This document shows, piece by piece, positions 24,660 to 37,809 of a stretch of DNA of 64,000 nucleotides. Numbering within the stretch: position 1 is the first letter of the stretch; each line of letters starts with the position of its first letter. Source of the DNA: Squalus acanthias. Its lineage: Eukaryota. The notes below the pieces were generated by a model. That model did not search any database and was not told where the DNA came from. It was given only the letters and a program-made list of their open reading frames with translations. The DNA lies in contig CM059431.1 in NCBI GenBank assembly GCA_030390025.1, positions 102,240,001-102,304,000 on the forward strand. The letters run 5' to 3'. The position numbers were made by a program, and so were the translations under genes.

Positions 24660-25752
24660 TCTCAGCCAGTGGCTCAGTGGGCAGCACTCTCGCTGGAGAC
24701 TAGAGCACAAAATCCAAATGACACTCCCAGTGCAGTACTGAGGGAGCGCCGCACTATCGGAGGGGCAGTACTGAGGGAGCGCCGCTCTGTCGGAGGGGCA
24801 GTACTGAGGGAGTGCTGCACTGTCGCAGGGGCAGTACTGAGGGAGTGCTACACTGTCGCAGGGGCAGTACTGAGGGAGCGCCGCACTATCGGAGGGGCAG
24901 TACTGAGGGAGCGCCGCACTATCAGAGGGGCAGTACTGAGGGAGCGCCGCACTATCGGAGGGGCAGTACTGAGGGAGTGCCGCTCTGTTGGAGGGGCAGT
25001 ACTGAGGGAGTGCTGCACTGTCGCAGCGCCGCACTGTCGCAGCGGCAGTACTGAGGGAGCGCCGCACTGTCGGAGGGGCAGTACTGAGGGAGCGCCGCTC
25101 TGTCGGAGGGTCAGTACTGAGGGAGTCCTGCACTGTCGGAGGGTCAGTACTAAGGGAATCCTGCACTGTCGGAGAGGCAGTACTGAGGGAGTGCTGCACT
25201 GTCGGAGTGGCAGTACTGAGGGAGCGCTGCATTGTCGGTGGGGCAGTACTGAAGGAGTGCTGCACTGTCGGAGAGGCAGTACTGAGGGAGCGCCGCACTG
25301 TCGGAGGGGCGGTACTGAGGGAGCGCCGCACTGTCGGAGGGGCAGCACTGAGGGAGCGCCGCACTGTCGGAGGGGCAGCACTGAGGGAGCGCCGCACTGT
25401 TGGAGGGGCCGTCTTTACGGGTGAGACATTAAACCGAGGCCCCGTCTGCTCTCTCGGGTGGATGTAAAAGATCCCATGTCATTATTCGAAGAAGAGCAGG
25501 GGGGGTGTGGGGGGGGCGGAGTTCTCCCGGTGTCTTGGCCAATATTTATCCTTCAACCAACATCACCTTAAAAACAAACCCAGATTCTGTGACCATGTAT
25601 CTGATTGCGGGAGCTTGCTGTGCACAAACTGGCTGCCCCGTTTCCAACATTACAACAGTGACAACGCTTCAAAAGTACTTCATTGGCGGTAAAGCGCTTT
25701 GGGACGTCCGGTGGTCGTAAAAGCCGCTATATAAATGCAAGTTCTTTCTTTT
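24660..25752 (+). mobile_element. DeuSINE with a 33-bp array (about 24730-25410)
   Basis: Head (tggctcagtgg), array, Deu-like core and tail. Confidence 0.85.
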
Positions 25753-26539
25753 TTAATTTTCAAAGCACTCGTTAAAATGAAGACTGAGCCAGCTGGGCTG
25801 CTTTGAGTATCTGGTGCTGGATTCCCCGCCACTGCACTCGGGCTCATGCTTCATCATGCTTATCCCTAGTTTGACAGCTCAGTTGCTGTGTGCCCTCACT
25901 GACTGACTCCTTAATCTCCTGGCTGTTGCATTCCTCAGTTGAAGCCAGCAATTGGCATCAAAACTGTCAAAATCCTCCGCCGCAGCAGACCTGTGGCACA
26001 GTCAGCGATATTTAGCGCATAAAATCGGAGGTGGCGAATTACTTTGTCTGGATCTCGGTTATTGTTTTAGTTTCAATCCTCTCTTGGATATTCGCTTATC
26101 CTTTCTTTTGACCTACAATCTTCCTCGTTTGCACATCTCCGAGACACCCGCACAAACACTGGGAGATAACGAGATCCTGGGGGAAGCCATCACGGATTCA
26201 TTTGAAATAAAGTTGGCTTGACGCTTCAATTTGTTTCGAAATGTGAATCTTTCAAAAAGAAAGCTGCCGTTCTTTTTTGCCGCGTGGATATTTTTTTGTG
26301 CGTGCAGGGAAGAATGTTCATGTCCTCCCCCGGCCGACTGCAACACATCACCTGCATCAGCCACTGCTGCTGGACGGTTCCCGTTCAGTTCCTGGCGGAC
26401 TTGAGTTCACAGCGTAAAACTGCCCTTAACTTTGACCCTGGTTGGCCCCATCTGGTGAATCTCACTCTCTGAGGCCGTTAGAGAAAAAGAGTGTAGAAAA
26501 AGCAAATCGCAGGATGTAAATATTCTGATGCTAGTTGTA

Positions 26540-26873
26540 AAGAAAGAAAGACTTTAGCGCCTTTCACGACCTCCGGACGTCCCAAACCGGTTTACAGCCA
26601 ATGAAATACAGTCATTGTTGTAATGTAGGAAACGCGGCAGCCCAACTTGCGCACAGCAAGCTCCCGCAAACAGCAAATGTGATAATGACCAGATAATCTG
26701 GGGTTTTTTAAAGTGATGTTGATTGAAGGATAAATATTGGCCCAGGACACCGGGGAGAACTCCCCCCTGCTCTTCTTTGAAATAGTGCCGTGGGATCTTT
26801 TACATCCACCCGAGAGAGCAGACTTGGATTAATGTCTCATCCGAAAGACGGCACCTCCAACAGTGCAGCACTC
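26540..26873 (-). mobile_element. DeuSINE, head missing
   Basis: Matches the other copies. Confidence 0.8.
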
Positions 26874-27974
26874 CATCATGACCACGGTACCACAGGAAGA
26901 GGTTGAGGCAAATAGTACAGGTGCATTTAAGGGGGGCGGGGGGGGTGCTAGATAAGCATACGAGGGAGAAGGGAATAGAAGGTTACGCTGATAGATTTAG
27001 ATGAGGAAAGACGGGAGGAGGCTCGAGTGGAGCAGAAACGCCGGCATGGACTGGTTGGGCCGAATGGCCTGTTTCTGTGCTGTATATCCGATGTAAGAAC
27101 GATAACCTGACAGCCCTGCAAGCCTACAGCTACACTAAATATTAGCAGCTCTCTTGGCAAGAATTTTGTAATGTGTTCATGTGACAGGCTAAAGGTTTGG
27201 TGATAAAAGAAACAACAGTCCATCTGGTGCATGTGCTGCGGGTTCGATCAATGCTGAAATCGAATTGTTACCACGCACCCTGCAGCAGATATTCATGCAA
27301 TTATCATCTTAGATCAGCTTTGATTGTTACCGTAGCAACAGTATCCATGTGTCCTCATCAACGAAATGAAATGAACTAAATGGTTAAGAAAGATGGCAAT
27401 GGAAAATTTTAAGCCCAACAAAAGTTCTTACAATAATGATGGGTTTCAATCAATCATTCAACAATATAGTCTTCAGCCGAGGGCTTTCAAATACCCTATT
27501 AAAATGTCTACTGTGAAAATCGTGAAGCCACAATATTTTCTGGCACCACCTCTCATAAGATACGCTTTTTTTAATTCAATCACGGGATGTGGGCGTCGCT
27601 GGCAAGGCCCAGCATTTATTGCCCATCTCCAGTTGCCCCTCGAGAAGGTGGTGGTGAGCCTCCTTCTTGAACCGCTGCAGTCCGTGTGGTGAAGGTACTC
27701 CCACAGTGCTGTTGGGGAGGGAGTTCCAGGATTTTGACCCAGTGACGATGAAGGATCGGCCGATATACTTCCAAGTCAGGATGGTGTGTGACTTCGAGGG
27801 GAACTTGGAGGTGGTGGTGTTCCCATGCGCCTGCTGCCCTTGTGCTTCTAGGTGAGAGGAAACTGAGACAGAGAGGGAGAAAGAGCAAGGGAGAGACAAG
27901 GAGAGAGAGCGACAGAGAAAGGGAGAGATGGGCAGAGTGAGAGGAAACAGAGACAGCAAAATAAGTGAGACAAA

Positions 27975-28470
27975 CAGTGTGATTGCACTAGATGGTACAG
28001 AGGAGATTTACGAGGATGTTGCCAGGACTGGAGAATTTTAGCTATGAGGAAAGATATGGTTAGGCTGGGGTTGTTTTCTTTGGAACACAGGAGGCTGAGG
28101 GGAGATTTAATTGAGGTGTATAAAATTATGAGGGGCCCAGATAGAGTGGATAGGAAGGACCTATTTCCCTTAGCAGAGAGGTCAATAGCCAGGGACATAG
28201 ATTTAAAGTAATTGGTAGAAGGGTTAGAGGGGAGTTGAGGAGAACTTTTTTCACCCAGAGGGTGGTGGGGGTCTGGAACTCACTGCCTGAAAGGGTGGTA
28301 GAGGCAGAAACCCTCATCACATTTAAAAAGTACTTGGATATGCACTTGAAGTGCCGTAACCTACAGGGCTACGGACCAAGAGCTGGAAAGTGGGATCAGG
28401 CTGGATAGCTCTTTGTCGGCCGGCACAGACACGATGGGCCAAATGGCCTCCTTCTGTGCTGTAAATTTCT
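27975..28470 (+). mobile_element. CR1 3' fragment
   Basis: Same subfamily as 61290-61905; CR1 ORF2 end and 3' UTR. Confidence 0.8.
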
Positions 28471-30549
28471 ATGATTCTGTCAGTGGTAGAGATCGCGGGT
28501 TTGGGAGGTGCTGCCGAAGAAGCCTTGGCGAGTTGCTGCAGTGCATCTTGTAGATGGTACACACAGCAGCCACGGTGCGCCGGTGGTAGAGGGAGTGAAT
28601 GTTTAAGGTGGTGGATGGGGTGCCACTCAAGCGGGCTGCTTTGTCCTGGATAGTTTGGAGCTGCACTCACCCAGGCAAGCTGTTCTTCTAACAGCAGTAC
28701 GAACAATGTGGTGCCATAAATAGTTAAACAAACAGAAAACTCCCTTCAGTGCTTCCACTTCATCACAATCCTACTTGGAAGGCATTTTAAATTTTCTCCC
28801 CTTCTCTTCTGAAGGCTTTGGCTCAAAGTGATGTACGAATCCATCCATGCCTGAAGCTCTCTGGTACTCCATTTAAGTGGCAATTTTTCATAATTGAAGC
28901 TCTACAGTTCAGCAGGATACTGGAGTGCCGAGGATCCTAGCAGCTGATGCTGTCATAGAATGATCGAATCCTACAACACAGGAGGCCGCCTTTCGGCCCA
29001 TCGTGCCTGTGCCGGCTCTTTGAAAGAGCTCTCCAATTAGTCCCACTCACCAGCTTCTTCCCCATCGCCCTGCAAATGAGTCCTCTTCAAGTCCCTCTTC
29101 CAGTACATGCCTAATTGCCTTTTGAAATTCACTGTGGAATCTGCTACCACCACCCTTTCAGGTCGTGCGTTCCAGACCTTAACAGCCCTCTCTCTGTGTG
29201 AAGAAAACTACCCTATTGGCCCTCTACTTCTTTTGCCATCTGATGTCCACCCAGGCTCAGTTATGGTAGCGGTCACTGGGTGGCGATCGGCAGCAGGAAG
29301 CCGGGCTGATTTGCCCCTCCATAGGCCAAACGCCAACTTGCATTTATATAGCGCCTTTAACGTAGTAAAACGTCCCGCGGCGCTGCACAGGAGCGATTAT
29401 CAGACAAAATTTGACACCGAGCCACATAAGGAGATATTAGGGCAGGTGACCAAAGAGGTAGTTTTTTAAGGAGCGTCTTAAAAGGAGGAGTGATAGGTGA
29501 ACAGGAGCCGCTAAACCAACCGCACCACCCATAATCATTGCCCTCGCTGAGATCGAACCACCCGACACAGGTTCGGAATCTAACCTTCTAGCCTTCTGGT
29601 TTGTTATGTGGGCTCGTACGATATTCCAAGCATTTGTTTGAACTATTTATATGGAGATCAAAGGGTTGAGCGCCATGCTTTTCATTCGCAATTACTCTGG
29701 CTGATGTCTTTAGTTGCTAGCCCAAGGGAGCGGGGAGGGGGAGACAATTTGTTGGTTTTTAAAGCGACTCTAAACTTTAAAAAAAAACACAGCCCCCAGC
29801 ACTAACAATGTATAAAACTTTAAAAACGTACTCCACTGCGTGTAAATAATTCAAACAACTATTTTGAGCACACTCAGGACGCCTCCCACAGCGCTTTTGT
29901 AATCGAGGAAGAATAAAAAAAAAACAGGGAGCGTGGAAATAACTTATCGGATCGACATCAACAAATTAATAAGGTTCAGACGTCAAGTAAATATTATAAA
30001 GTGACTGCCCTGTTGGGGCATCGAGTAGTCAGTAGCTTCAAAAGATTCTGTTCTCCATAACCACACACATCATTACTATTCAGACGCAACCGCCAGGCAG
30101 GAAGTAAAAGCTCATTAATCCTGACACTGTGTGTACCGTCGCTATGAATTGTCTCCAGGGCAATAGAACATTAAAGATGGAAGAACCAGTTAAGTAAAGA
30201 CCAGATGTCTTTCTGAGCTGCTGAATGTCCTAAATTGGTGTTTACGCGGGCAGGAGCAACGAAGGTTTGTGTTACTGGCATTCCTTCCTTTAAGGATTGA
30301 TTTTACTGTGTCTCGCTAAAATAATTAACAATAAATTTAACAAGCAGTGGGGGGGGCGGAGTTGTCTTGCATCAGCCACCTGTCCGTGCTCAAATGGACT
30401 GTAGGAAATCTCATGGGGGGGGGGGGACCATTTTAACCTAACTCCCTGGAGGTGGGGGGAGTCCCATGGGATCGGATGCAATGGCAGTTTTACACCCCGC
30501 CACCCCCCCCCGCCCGATAGTACTGTCCGCCGGCTTCAGTGGAGAGTAT

Positions 30550-30957
30550 TACACAGAATCTACAGCACAGAAACAGGCCATTCGGCCCAACTGGTCCGTG
30601 CCAGTGTTTGTGCTCCACACGAGCCTCCTCCCACCCCTCTTCATCTCAACCTATCAGCATATCCTTCTATTCCTTTCTCCCTCATGTATTTATCCAGCTT
30701 CCCCTTAAATGCATCTATACTATTCGCCTCAACCACTCCCTGTGGTAGCGAGTTCCACATTCTCACCACTCTCTGGGTGAAGAGGTTTCCCCTGAATTCC
30801 CTATTGGATTTATTCGTGACTTTCTTATATTTCCTGAGCCTTAGTTTTGGACTCTCCCCACCACAAGAGGAAACATTTCTACGTCTACCCTATCAAACCC
30901 GTTCATGATTTTAAAGACCTCTATCAACCTTCTCCTTTCTAGAGAAAAGAGCTCCAG
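30550..30957 (-). mobile_element. CR1 3' fragment
   Basis: Matches 19460-19850. Confidence 0.8.
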
Positions 30958-31489
30958 TGATAAATTACTGCTCCACCACTCCTGATCCATCAGATGGCTT
31001 AGTCTTGTGTCAGAACCAGCATTCCATACTCAAAGGAATGCAGGGCTAGCACACAGTTGCTGGGAGACCTTCATCGTCACTGGGTCAAAATCCTGGAACT
31101 CCCTCCCTAACAGCACTGTGGGAGTACCTTCACCACACGGACTGCAGCGGTTCAAGGCAGCGGCTCACCACCACCTTCTCAAGGGCAATTGAGGATGAGC
31201 AATAAATGCTGGGCCTGGCCAGCAATGCCCACATCCCATAAACAAATTTTTAAAAAAAGACCAGGTGGCTCACTGTAAGAAACACTTTGAATTTAGTGAG
31301 TAAAATCAGGCGGGGTTAAACCCGATCTCGTCAGTTTCCGTCGGACGGGTTAAGTTGAAATTGCCCCCACTGACTTTCCAAACATGACAGCGCTGAAAGC
31401 TATATGGCCCCCCCTCGTACAGCCCTTGGGAATTGCAAGCTGGAGACCGAGCTCGAGTCTGTGGAACTGGAGGGAGCAGTAAAGACACA

Positions 31490-31958
31490 GACAGACTTGC
31501 ATTTCAAGAGCGCCTTTCACAACCTCAGGGACCTCCCAAAGCGCTTTACAGCCAATGAAGTACTTTTCGAACTGTAGTCACTGTTGTAATGCAGGAAACG
31601 CGGCAGCCAATTTGCACACAGCAAGCTCCCACAAACAGCAATGAGATAAATAGCCAGATAATCTGTTTTAGTGATGCTGGTTGAGGGATAAATATTGGCC
31701 CCAGGACACCGGGGAGAACTCTCCTCTGCTCTTCTTCAAAATGGTGACAGTGAGATCTTTGACGTCCACCTGAGAGAGCAGATGGGGCCTCGGTTTAACA
31801 AGACGAAAGACGGCACCTCTGACAGTGCAGCACTCCCTCAGCACTGCACTGGGAGTGTCAGCCTAGGTTTTTGTGCTTAAGTCTCTGGAGTGGGACTTGA
31901 ACCCACAACCTTCTGACTTTTAGAGACGAGGGTGCTGCCCACTGAGCCACGGCTGACA
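31490..31958 (-). mobile_element. DeuSINE, full length
   Basis: A/B-box head, Deu-like core and tail. Confidence 0.85.
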
Positions 31959-32457
31959 CAATGTACCAGTGCTGTACCTTGGGTTACGGCGGCGCTGGGT
32001 GGAAGATACATTTACCTCGGTAATAGGAGTAAAAAGCAGTCCCACTTCCGAGCTTGCTTGAAACTAAACCGACGCACTGCAAGACAGGAGCAAATCACTG
32101 TCAGCTGTACCTGATTTCAGCAAGAGCCGTTATCAGAAGGTCGCAGGAGTCACTGCATACCCATCAGCTGATCCTTCGCCTTTCGAACTCACTAACGTCA
32201 AGCCCAATTGTATTGTGCGCCCCCCACTCTCTGCGCCAACAGCAATCTACCTGAAATCAGCTAACTCAACACAGATCAAGGACTGAACAAAGGGCCTTCC
32301 TGGTGTGTGTGCGTCTCAGTTCAAAAATGTGGCCTGGGATTCACCCACGGAACCAGAGCGGAGGTGGCCGGGCAATTCCCCCGTCAATCGCGCCTGGAGA
32401 CTGCACTGCTGCGATGTTACCCGCATAATTAGCATTCTGTAACTATCCTCCACTCAC

Positions 32458-32656
32458 TGCTGAAGACATAATCCTGCTTTTATCGGGAGGTTTTGCTGCA
32501 GTTTCGGTCGTGGGTTCTGTTTGCTGCAGTTCGTAGAGACTCTTTTTAAATAGACTCTGTAGACTGTTTGCTGCAGTGCGCTGTTTAAATAGACTCTGTT
32601 TGCTGTAAGGCAGACCGTTTGCTGCGAGACCTGCCGTAAATCCCGCCCCGCCTCCC
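32458..32656 (-). promoter_or_regulatory. Candidate first exon and promoter ending ATG TCT TCA GCA|gtgagt
   Basis: GC boxes at 32642-32656, TATA-like ctatttaaa twice, ATG at 32469, consensus donor at 32452-32457. Confidence 0.35.
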
Positions 32657-33262
32657 AACTCGTTGGTGTCAATAGACACACTGCATTTTTCTCCCCTCTC
32701 CCTTTCTCTCCCAAAGATGTTGTCTCATTGGGGGGGGGGGGCGCTTTCGTGGACACCGTTCGACCCCTGGTGTCTCACCCAACTGATTATTGCTCATGTG
32801 CGTTGGCAAGTTACTTGACTACAGGCGCATCACGGCCAAACCTGCTTCTGTCCTCACTCGACAACCAGACAGTCGTCAGGAGTTGAAATTCATGCTGGTT
32901 TTTCTCCAACCCAGAAGCACGGAGGGCAAGTGATTTTATATACAGGATCCTGGGCTTAATAAACAGAGGCAGAGAGTACAGAAACATGGAAGTTATGCTA
33001 AACTTTTATGAAACACTGGTTAGGTCCCAGTTGGCGCATCGTGTCCAATGGAGGACACGGAGTGAAGGTAACTGGCAGAAGATCCAGAGGGGAAATGAGG
33101 AGAATTTACTTTACGCAGCGAGTTGTTGTGATCTGGAATGCGCTGCCTGAAATGGCGGTGGAAGCAGATTCAATAGTAACTCTCAAAAGGAAATTGGATA
33201 AATACTTGAAAAGGAAAAATTTGCAGGGCTCTGGGGAAAGAGCAGGGGATTGTGGGACTAAC

Positions 33263-33960
33263 TGTCGGCCACGGCTCAGTAGTTCGCACTCTCGCCTCTG
33301 AGTCAGAAGGTCGTGGGTTCAAGTCCCGCTCCAGAGACTGGAGCACAGAAATCCAGGCTGACACTCCAGTGCAGTACTGAAGGAGTGCCACATTGTCGGA
33401 GGGGCAGTACTGAGGGAGCGCCGCACTGTCGGAGGGGCAGTACTGAGGGAGCGCCGCACTGTCGGTGGGGCAGTACTGAGGGAGCGCCGCACTGTCGGAG
33501 GGGCAGTACTGAGGGAGCGCCGCACTGTCGGAGGGGCAGTACTGAGGGAGCGCCGCACTGTCGGAGGGGCAGTACTGAGGGAGCGCCGCACTGTCGGAGG
33601 GGCGGTACTGAGGGAGCGCTGGACTGTCGGAGGGGCCGTATTTCGGATGAGACATTAAAATGAGGTCCCGTCTGCTCTCTCAGGTGTACGTAAAAGATCC
33701 CATGGCACTATTTCGAAGAAGAGCAGGGGAGTTCTCCCCGGTGTTCTGGCCAATATTTATCCCTCAATCAACAAAACCAAAACAGATTATCTGGTCATTA
33801 TCACATTGCTGTTTGTGGGAGCTTGCTGTGCACAAATTGGCTGCCGCATTTCCTACATTACAACAGTGACTGCACTTCAAAAAGTATTTCATTGGCTGTA
33901 AAGCGCTTTGGGATGTCCGGTGGTCATGAAAGGCGCTATAGAAATGCAAGTCTTTCTTTC
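33263..33960 (+). mobile_element. DeuSINE, full length, with a 33-bp array (about 33370-33635)
   Basis: Head, about 8 array units, Deu-like core and tail. Confidence 0.9.
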
Positions 33961-34156
33961 CTCTTTAACTGGGCTGCTCTTTCAAAGAGTCGACACAGAC
34001 ACGGCGGGCCGAATGGCCGCCACCTGCGCTGTGTGATTCTACGAATTAAATTATTGGCGAAGCATTATTTTGCACTCAACACGGTTCCACACATCAATTC
34101 CTCTTGCCAAGTTGTTTCTTTAAGCCAAAAAGGAAATAACTAACTAGCTGACTGAC

Positions 34157-34745
34157 TTCCTTCCGATTTTTCCAGGTGTCTCCCTGCCTCGCAGGTGTCA
34201 CTAATCCATTGAGCAGGCATCCAGACAGGGGCCTGCCCTTTGATTGTTTGCTCTTGGGGCTGGATCGCTCCAGTGTGCACTGAACCAGAAACCACTCCAG
34301 ATGTTGAGGTCAATGCAGCAGGATAGACTGGCTGCGTGCTGACACACGTTTAACTCTCTGCCAGGGCTACAGCCGTCGGTTTTATAGGACTGAGAGAGAA
34401 ATCGACAATCTCCTAAACAACGTTGCGTGTTTAGGGCCTATCTTTTCTCCACACATTCCTCCCACTCAATTTTCCATTTCAAGGAGGGTGTGAGCTTTCT
34501 GTGCAACACTGAAAGCCTTGTTGCCGCTTTACATATTTGGAATTTATTACAAAGATCGTGGGAGCTTTGAGCCAACTCGACGGTTCCATTTCCAAAAACG
34601 TGGGAAGCCCTTTGTCCTTGACACGGCAGTCGAACGCTGGCTGTTCTAATGTAGAAAGCCCTCCAGCGATGACTGCAAGTCCATTGATGCACGGCCCGCA
34701 CTAGCCAAGGGGCACTTGCCGGTCTCGCCCCTTCACCTCTGACCT
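34157..34745 (-). promoter_or_regulatory. Candidate TATA promoter and first exon
   Basis: TATAAAA on the minus strand at 34380-34386, DR1 AGGTCAgAGGTGA at 34733-34745, possible donor gtcagt at 34151-34156, all in about 900 bp of repeat-free DNA. Confidence 0.35.
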
Positions 34746-34969
34746 TTGGCAGATTTGCTGCTCAATCGGCCTCTGGACCTCCCATTCATAACTTGCTGGC
34801 AGTGCCGCACCCCCACATTTAACACGGTCGCTTCTTTCCCAGCCTAGTGAGGAGCGCGAGAGGCGATTCTTGCAATCGGAGTGGTGTTGGCACATGCCCG
34901 TGGTGATGGGATTTGGACCTAGGCCTAGTTCCTGCTCTGTGTGCCCGAGGGGTGTTGGGGTATAATTTC

Positions 34970-35370
34970 CGTTCCCCCCTCTACTTCCCGCTCCCCCTCC
35001 CGCTCTACCCTCACCCCCGTGCTCCGCCCTCCCCCTCTACCTCCCGCTCCCCCTCCCGCTCTACCTTCCCTCCCCCCTCCGCCTCCAACCGCCCCCGTGC
35101 TCTGCCCTCCCCCCCGCGCCCTGCCCTCCCCTCCCCCTCACGCTCTACCCTCCCTCCCTCCCCCCTCTGCCTCCAACCACCCCCGTGCTCCACCCCCCCC
35201 CGCGCTCTACCCTCCCCCCCGCGCTCTGCCCTGCCCTCCCACTCCCCCCGCCCCCCCCCCCCTCCCCCGTGCTCCGCCCTCCCCCTCGCGCTCTACCCTC
35301 CCTCCCCCCTCCAACTGCCCCCGTGCTCTGCCCTCCCCCTCTCGCGCTCCGACCTCCCCCCCGCCCCACC
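34970..35370. repeat. C-rich low-complexity minisatellite
   Basis: Recurrent cgctctaccctcc and cccccgtgctc units. Confidence 0.85.
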
Positions 35371-35834
35371 TGAACCACAGCACTTCCTGTGGTACGGAGG
35401 GAGTACTGCAGCCTCAGAAGTGCTTGTGCTGTTGTTAAAAGCGTCCCACTGATTCAGCACGCAGGAACCGAGTTGCTCGCCATATGGTCCTATATAGCTC
35501 GTGTACAACTCCTGCGCAGGTGTTGGGTAAACTGGGAGATGTATTCGCGCCTTGTGAAGGAGCTGCGATCCGAGAGTGAGACAAGCTGCACTGATGGTGG
35601 AGGAGACGGGATATATTTATCCAAGACTTCAGCCGTATATCTATGCAATAGTGCTCTGTCTCCGGTACAGCTACAATACACTTAGTAACTTGGCAGTGTG
35701 AGCTTTTTAAATATATTGAAGATAAAGTACCATAGATGGCATGTTAAAGGAATATTCCCCCCCCCCCCCCCACCGCCCGAGTCTGATGGTGTTTTATATT
35801 AATGGTGTACACTTATTCTGCATTTCTTGAGCAC

Positions 35835-36260
35835 ACAGTGCAGTACTGAGGGAGCGCTGCACTGTTGGAGGTGCCGTCTTTCAGATGAGGCGTTAAACCG
35901 AGGCCCCGTCTGCTCTCTCAGGTGGACGTAAAAGATTCTATTTCGAAGAAGAGCAGGGGAGTTCTCCCCGGTGTCCTGGGGCCAATATTTATCCCTCAAC
36001 CAACATCACATAAGAACAGATGATCTGGTCATTGTCACATTGCTGTTTGTGGGAGCTTGATGTGCGCAAATCAGCTGCCGCGTTTCCCACATTACAACAG
36101 TGACTACACTCGGTTTAAAAAAAGTACTTCATTGGCTGTAAAGTGCTTTGGGACGTCCTGAGGTGGTGAAAGGAGCTCTTCTTTGAAATAGTGGCCGTGG
36201 GATCTTCTCCGCCCACCTTATGAGGGCAGACGGGGCCTGGGTTTAACGTCTCATCCGAAA
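35835..36260 (+). mobile_element. DeuSINE lacking its head, followed by a short inverted core piece
   Basis: Core and tail at 35835-36172; reverse core fragment at 36175-36260. Confidence 0.75.
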
Positions 36261-36885
36261 GTTCTATCTGTCATATTCTACAGGTAATTGCGTTTTAAAG
36301 CGTGCTGTTGAATGAGCTCGTTGGACAGAAGTATTAACTTGACAGCAGTAAACTATTCCATCACTGGGTTGGGATTATGTTACAAATTACAATTCTTGCG
36401 GATAACACAGCATGTCAAGTGCAAAGGGATTCCACTGGCCAGAGTTTCTCCAGACTCTCCTGTCCTGTATGTGTGCAGTGCGGACCCTGGTGAGGTAAAC
36501 CCTCAGCCGGCGGACGAGAAATTCCTTCGGTCTAATATAACGTCACATATTTCCCTCCATTTCTTAACTTCACAAAAAGGAAGGTATGAATACGGACCAG
36601 AGTTCCTTGCTTTACACTCGCGTGTCCAGTTTTTTTTTGTTAAAAATCAACAATCAGTGAAAAGAAATGTCTGGAGAGTTCGTCGATTGCTGCCCCAACG
36701 TCTCCTTCATCCCGAAGGCTGGTTCGTGGCTTGTTCAACCCTCCAATACCGCGCCCCCGCCACCATTCTTCAACTGCGAGCCTCGACCAAGAGCACCACC
36801 GGCTACTCGGCATTGGCAAGCATCACACCGCGTGAATTCATCTTTCCTCACCCCACACGGACATTATTCAACAGTGCCAGTGGAT

Positions 36886-37807
36886 AGAGAAATGGAGGGG
36901 GAGGAGAGAAGGGGGCAGGTGAGGGAGAGGGGGGGAGCAGGTGAGGGAGAGGGAAGAGGGGGGAGAGGGAAGAGGGGGAGGAGGGGGAGAGAGGGAGGAG
37001 GGGGGGAGAGAGAGGGAGGAGGGGGGGCGAGAGGGGGAGGAGAGCGAGGAGGGGGAGAGAGGGAGGAGGGGGGAGAGAGGGAGGAGGGGGGGAGAGAGAG
37101 GGAGGAGGGGGGGAGAGAGGGAGGAGGGAGGAGGGGGGAGGGGGGGGAGAGAGAGGGAGGAGAGGGAGGAGGGGGGAGAGAGAGGGAGGGGGAGGAGGGG
37201 GGAGGGGGGGAGAGAGAGGGAGGAGGGGGGAGAGAGAGAGAGGAGGGAGGGGGGAGAGAGGGAGGAGGGAGGAGGGGGGAGGGGGGGGAGAGAGAGGGAG
37301 GAGGGGGGGAGAGAGAGGGAGGAGGGGGGAGAGAGAGAGAGGAGGGAGGGGGGAGAGAGGGAGGAGGGAGGAGGGGGAGGGGGGGGAGAGAGAGGGAGGA
37401 GAGGGAGGAGGGGGGAGAGAGAGGGAGGAGGGGGGGAGAGAGAGGGAGGGGGAGGAGGGGGGAGGGGGGGAGAGAGAGGGAGGAGAGGGAGGAGGGGGGA
37501 GAGAGAGGGAGGAGGGGGGAGGGGGGGGAGAGAGAGGGAGGAGAGGGAGGAGGGGGGAGGGGGGGAGAGAGGGAGGGGGGGGGGAGAGAGAGGGAGGAGG
37601 GGGGGAGAGGGAGGAGGGGGGGAGAGAGGGAGGAGGGGGGAGGGGGGGAGAGAGGGAGGGGGGGGGAGAGAGAGGGAGGAGGGGGGGAGAGGGAGGAGGG
37701 GGGAGAGAGGGAGGAGGGGGGGGAGGGGGGGAGAGAGAGGGAGGGGGGGGAGAGAGGGAGGAGGGGGGGAGAGGGAGGAGGGGGGGAGGGGGGGCGAGAG
37801 GGGGAGA
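36886..37807. repeat. Almost pure polypurine (G/A) tract
   Basis: About 920 bp with only a handful of pyrimidines. Confidence 0.95.
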
Positions 37808-37809
37808 CT

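Noticed and set aside
25760..26480. Coding exon in unique DNA
   Set aside because: Frames following the candidate acceptors reach stops within a short distance, and the peptides are not recognisable.
33263..33335. tRNA gene
   Set aside because: A/B boxes belong to the SINE head and continue into the SINE body; no convincing cloverleaf or terminator.
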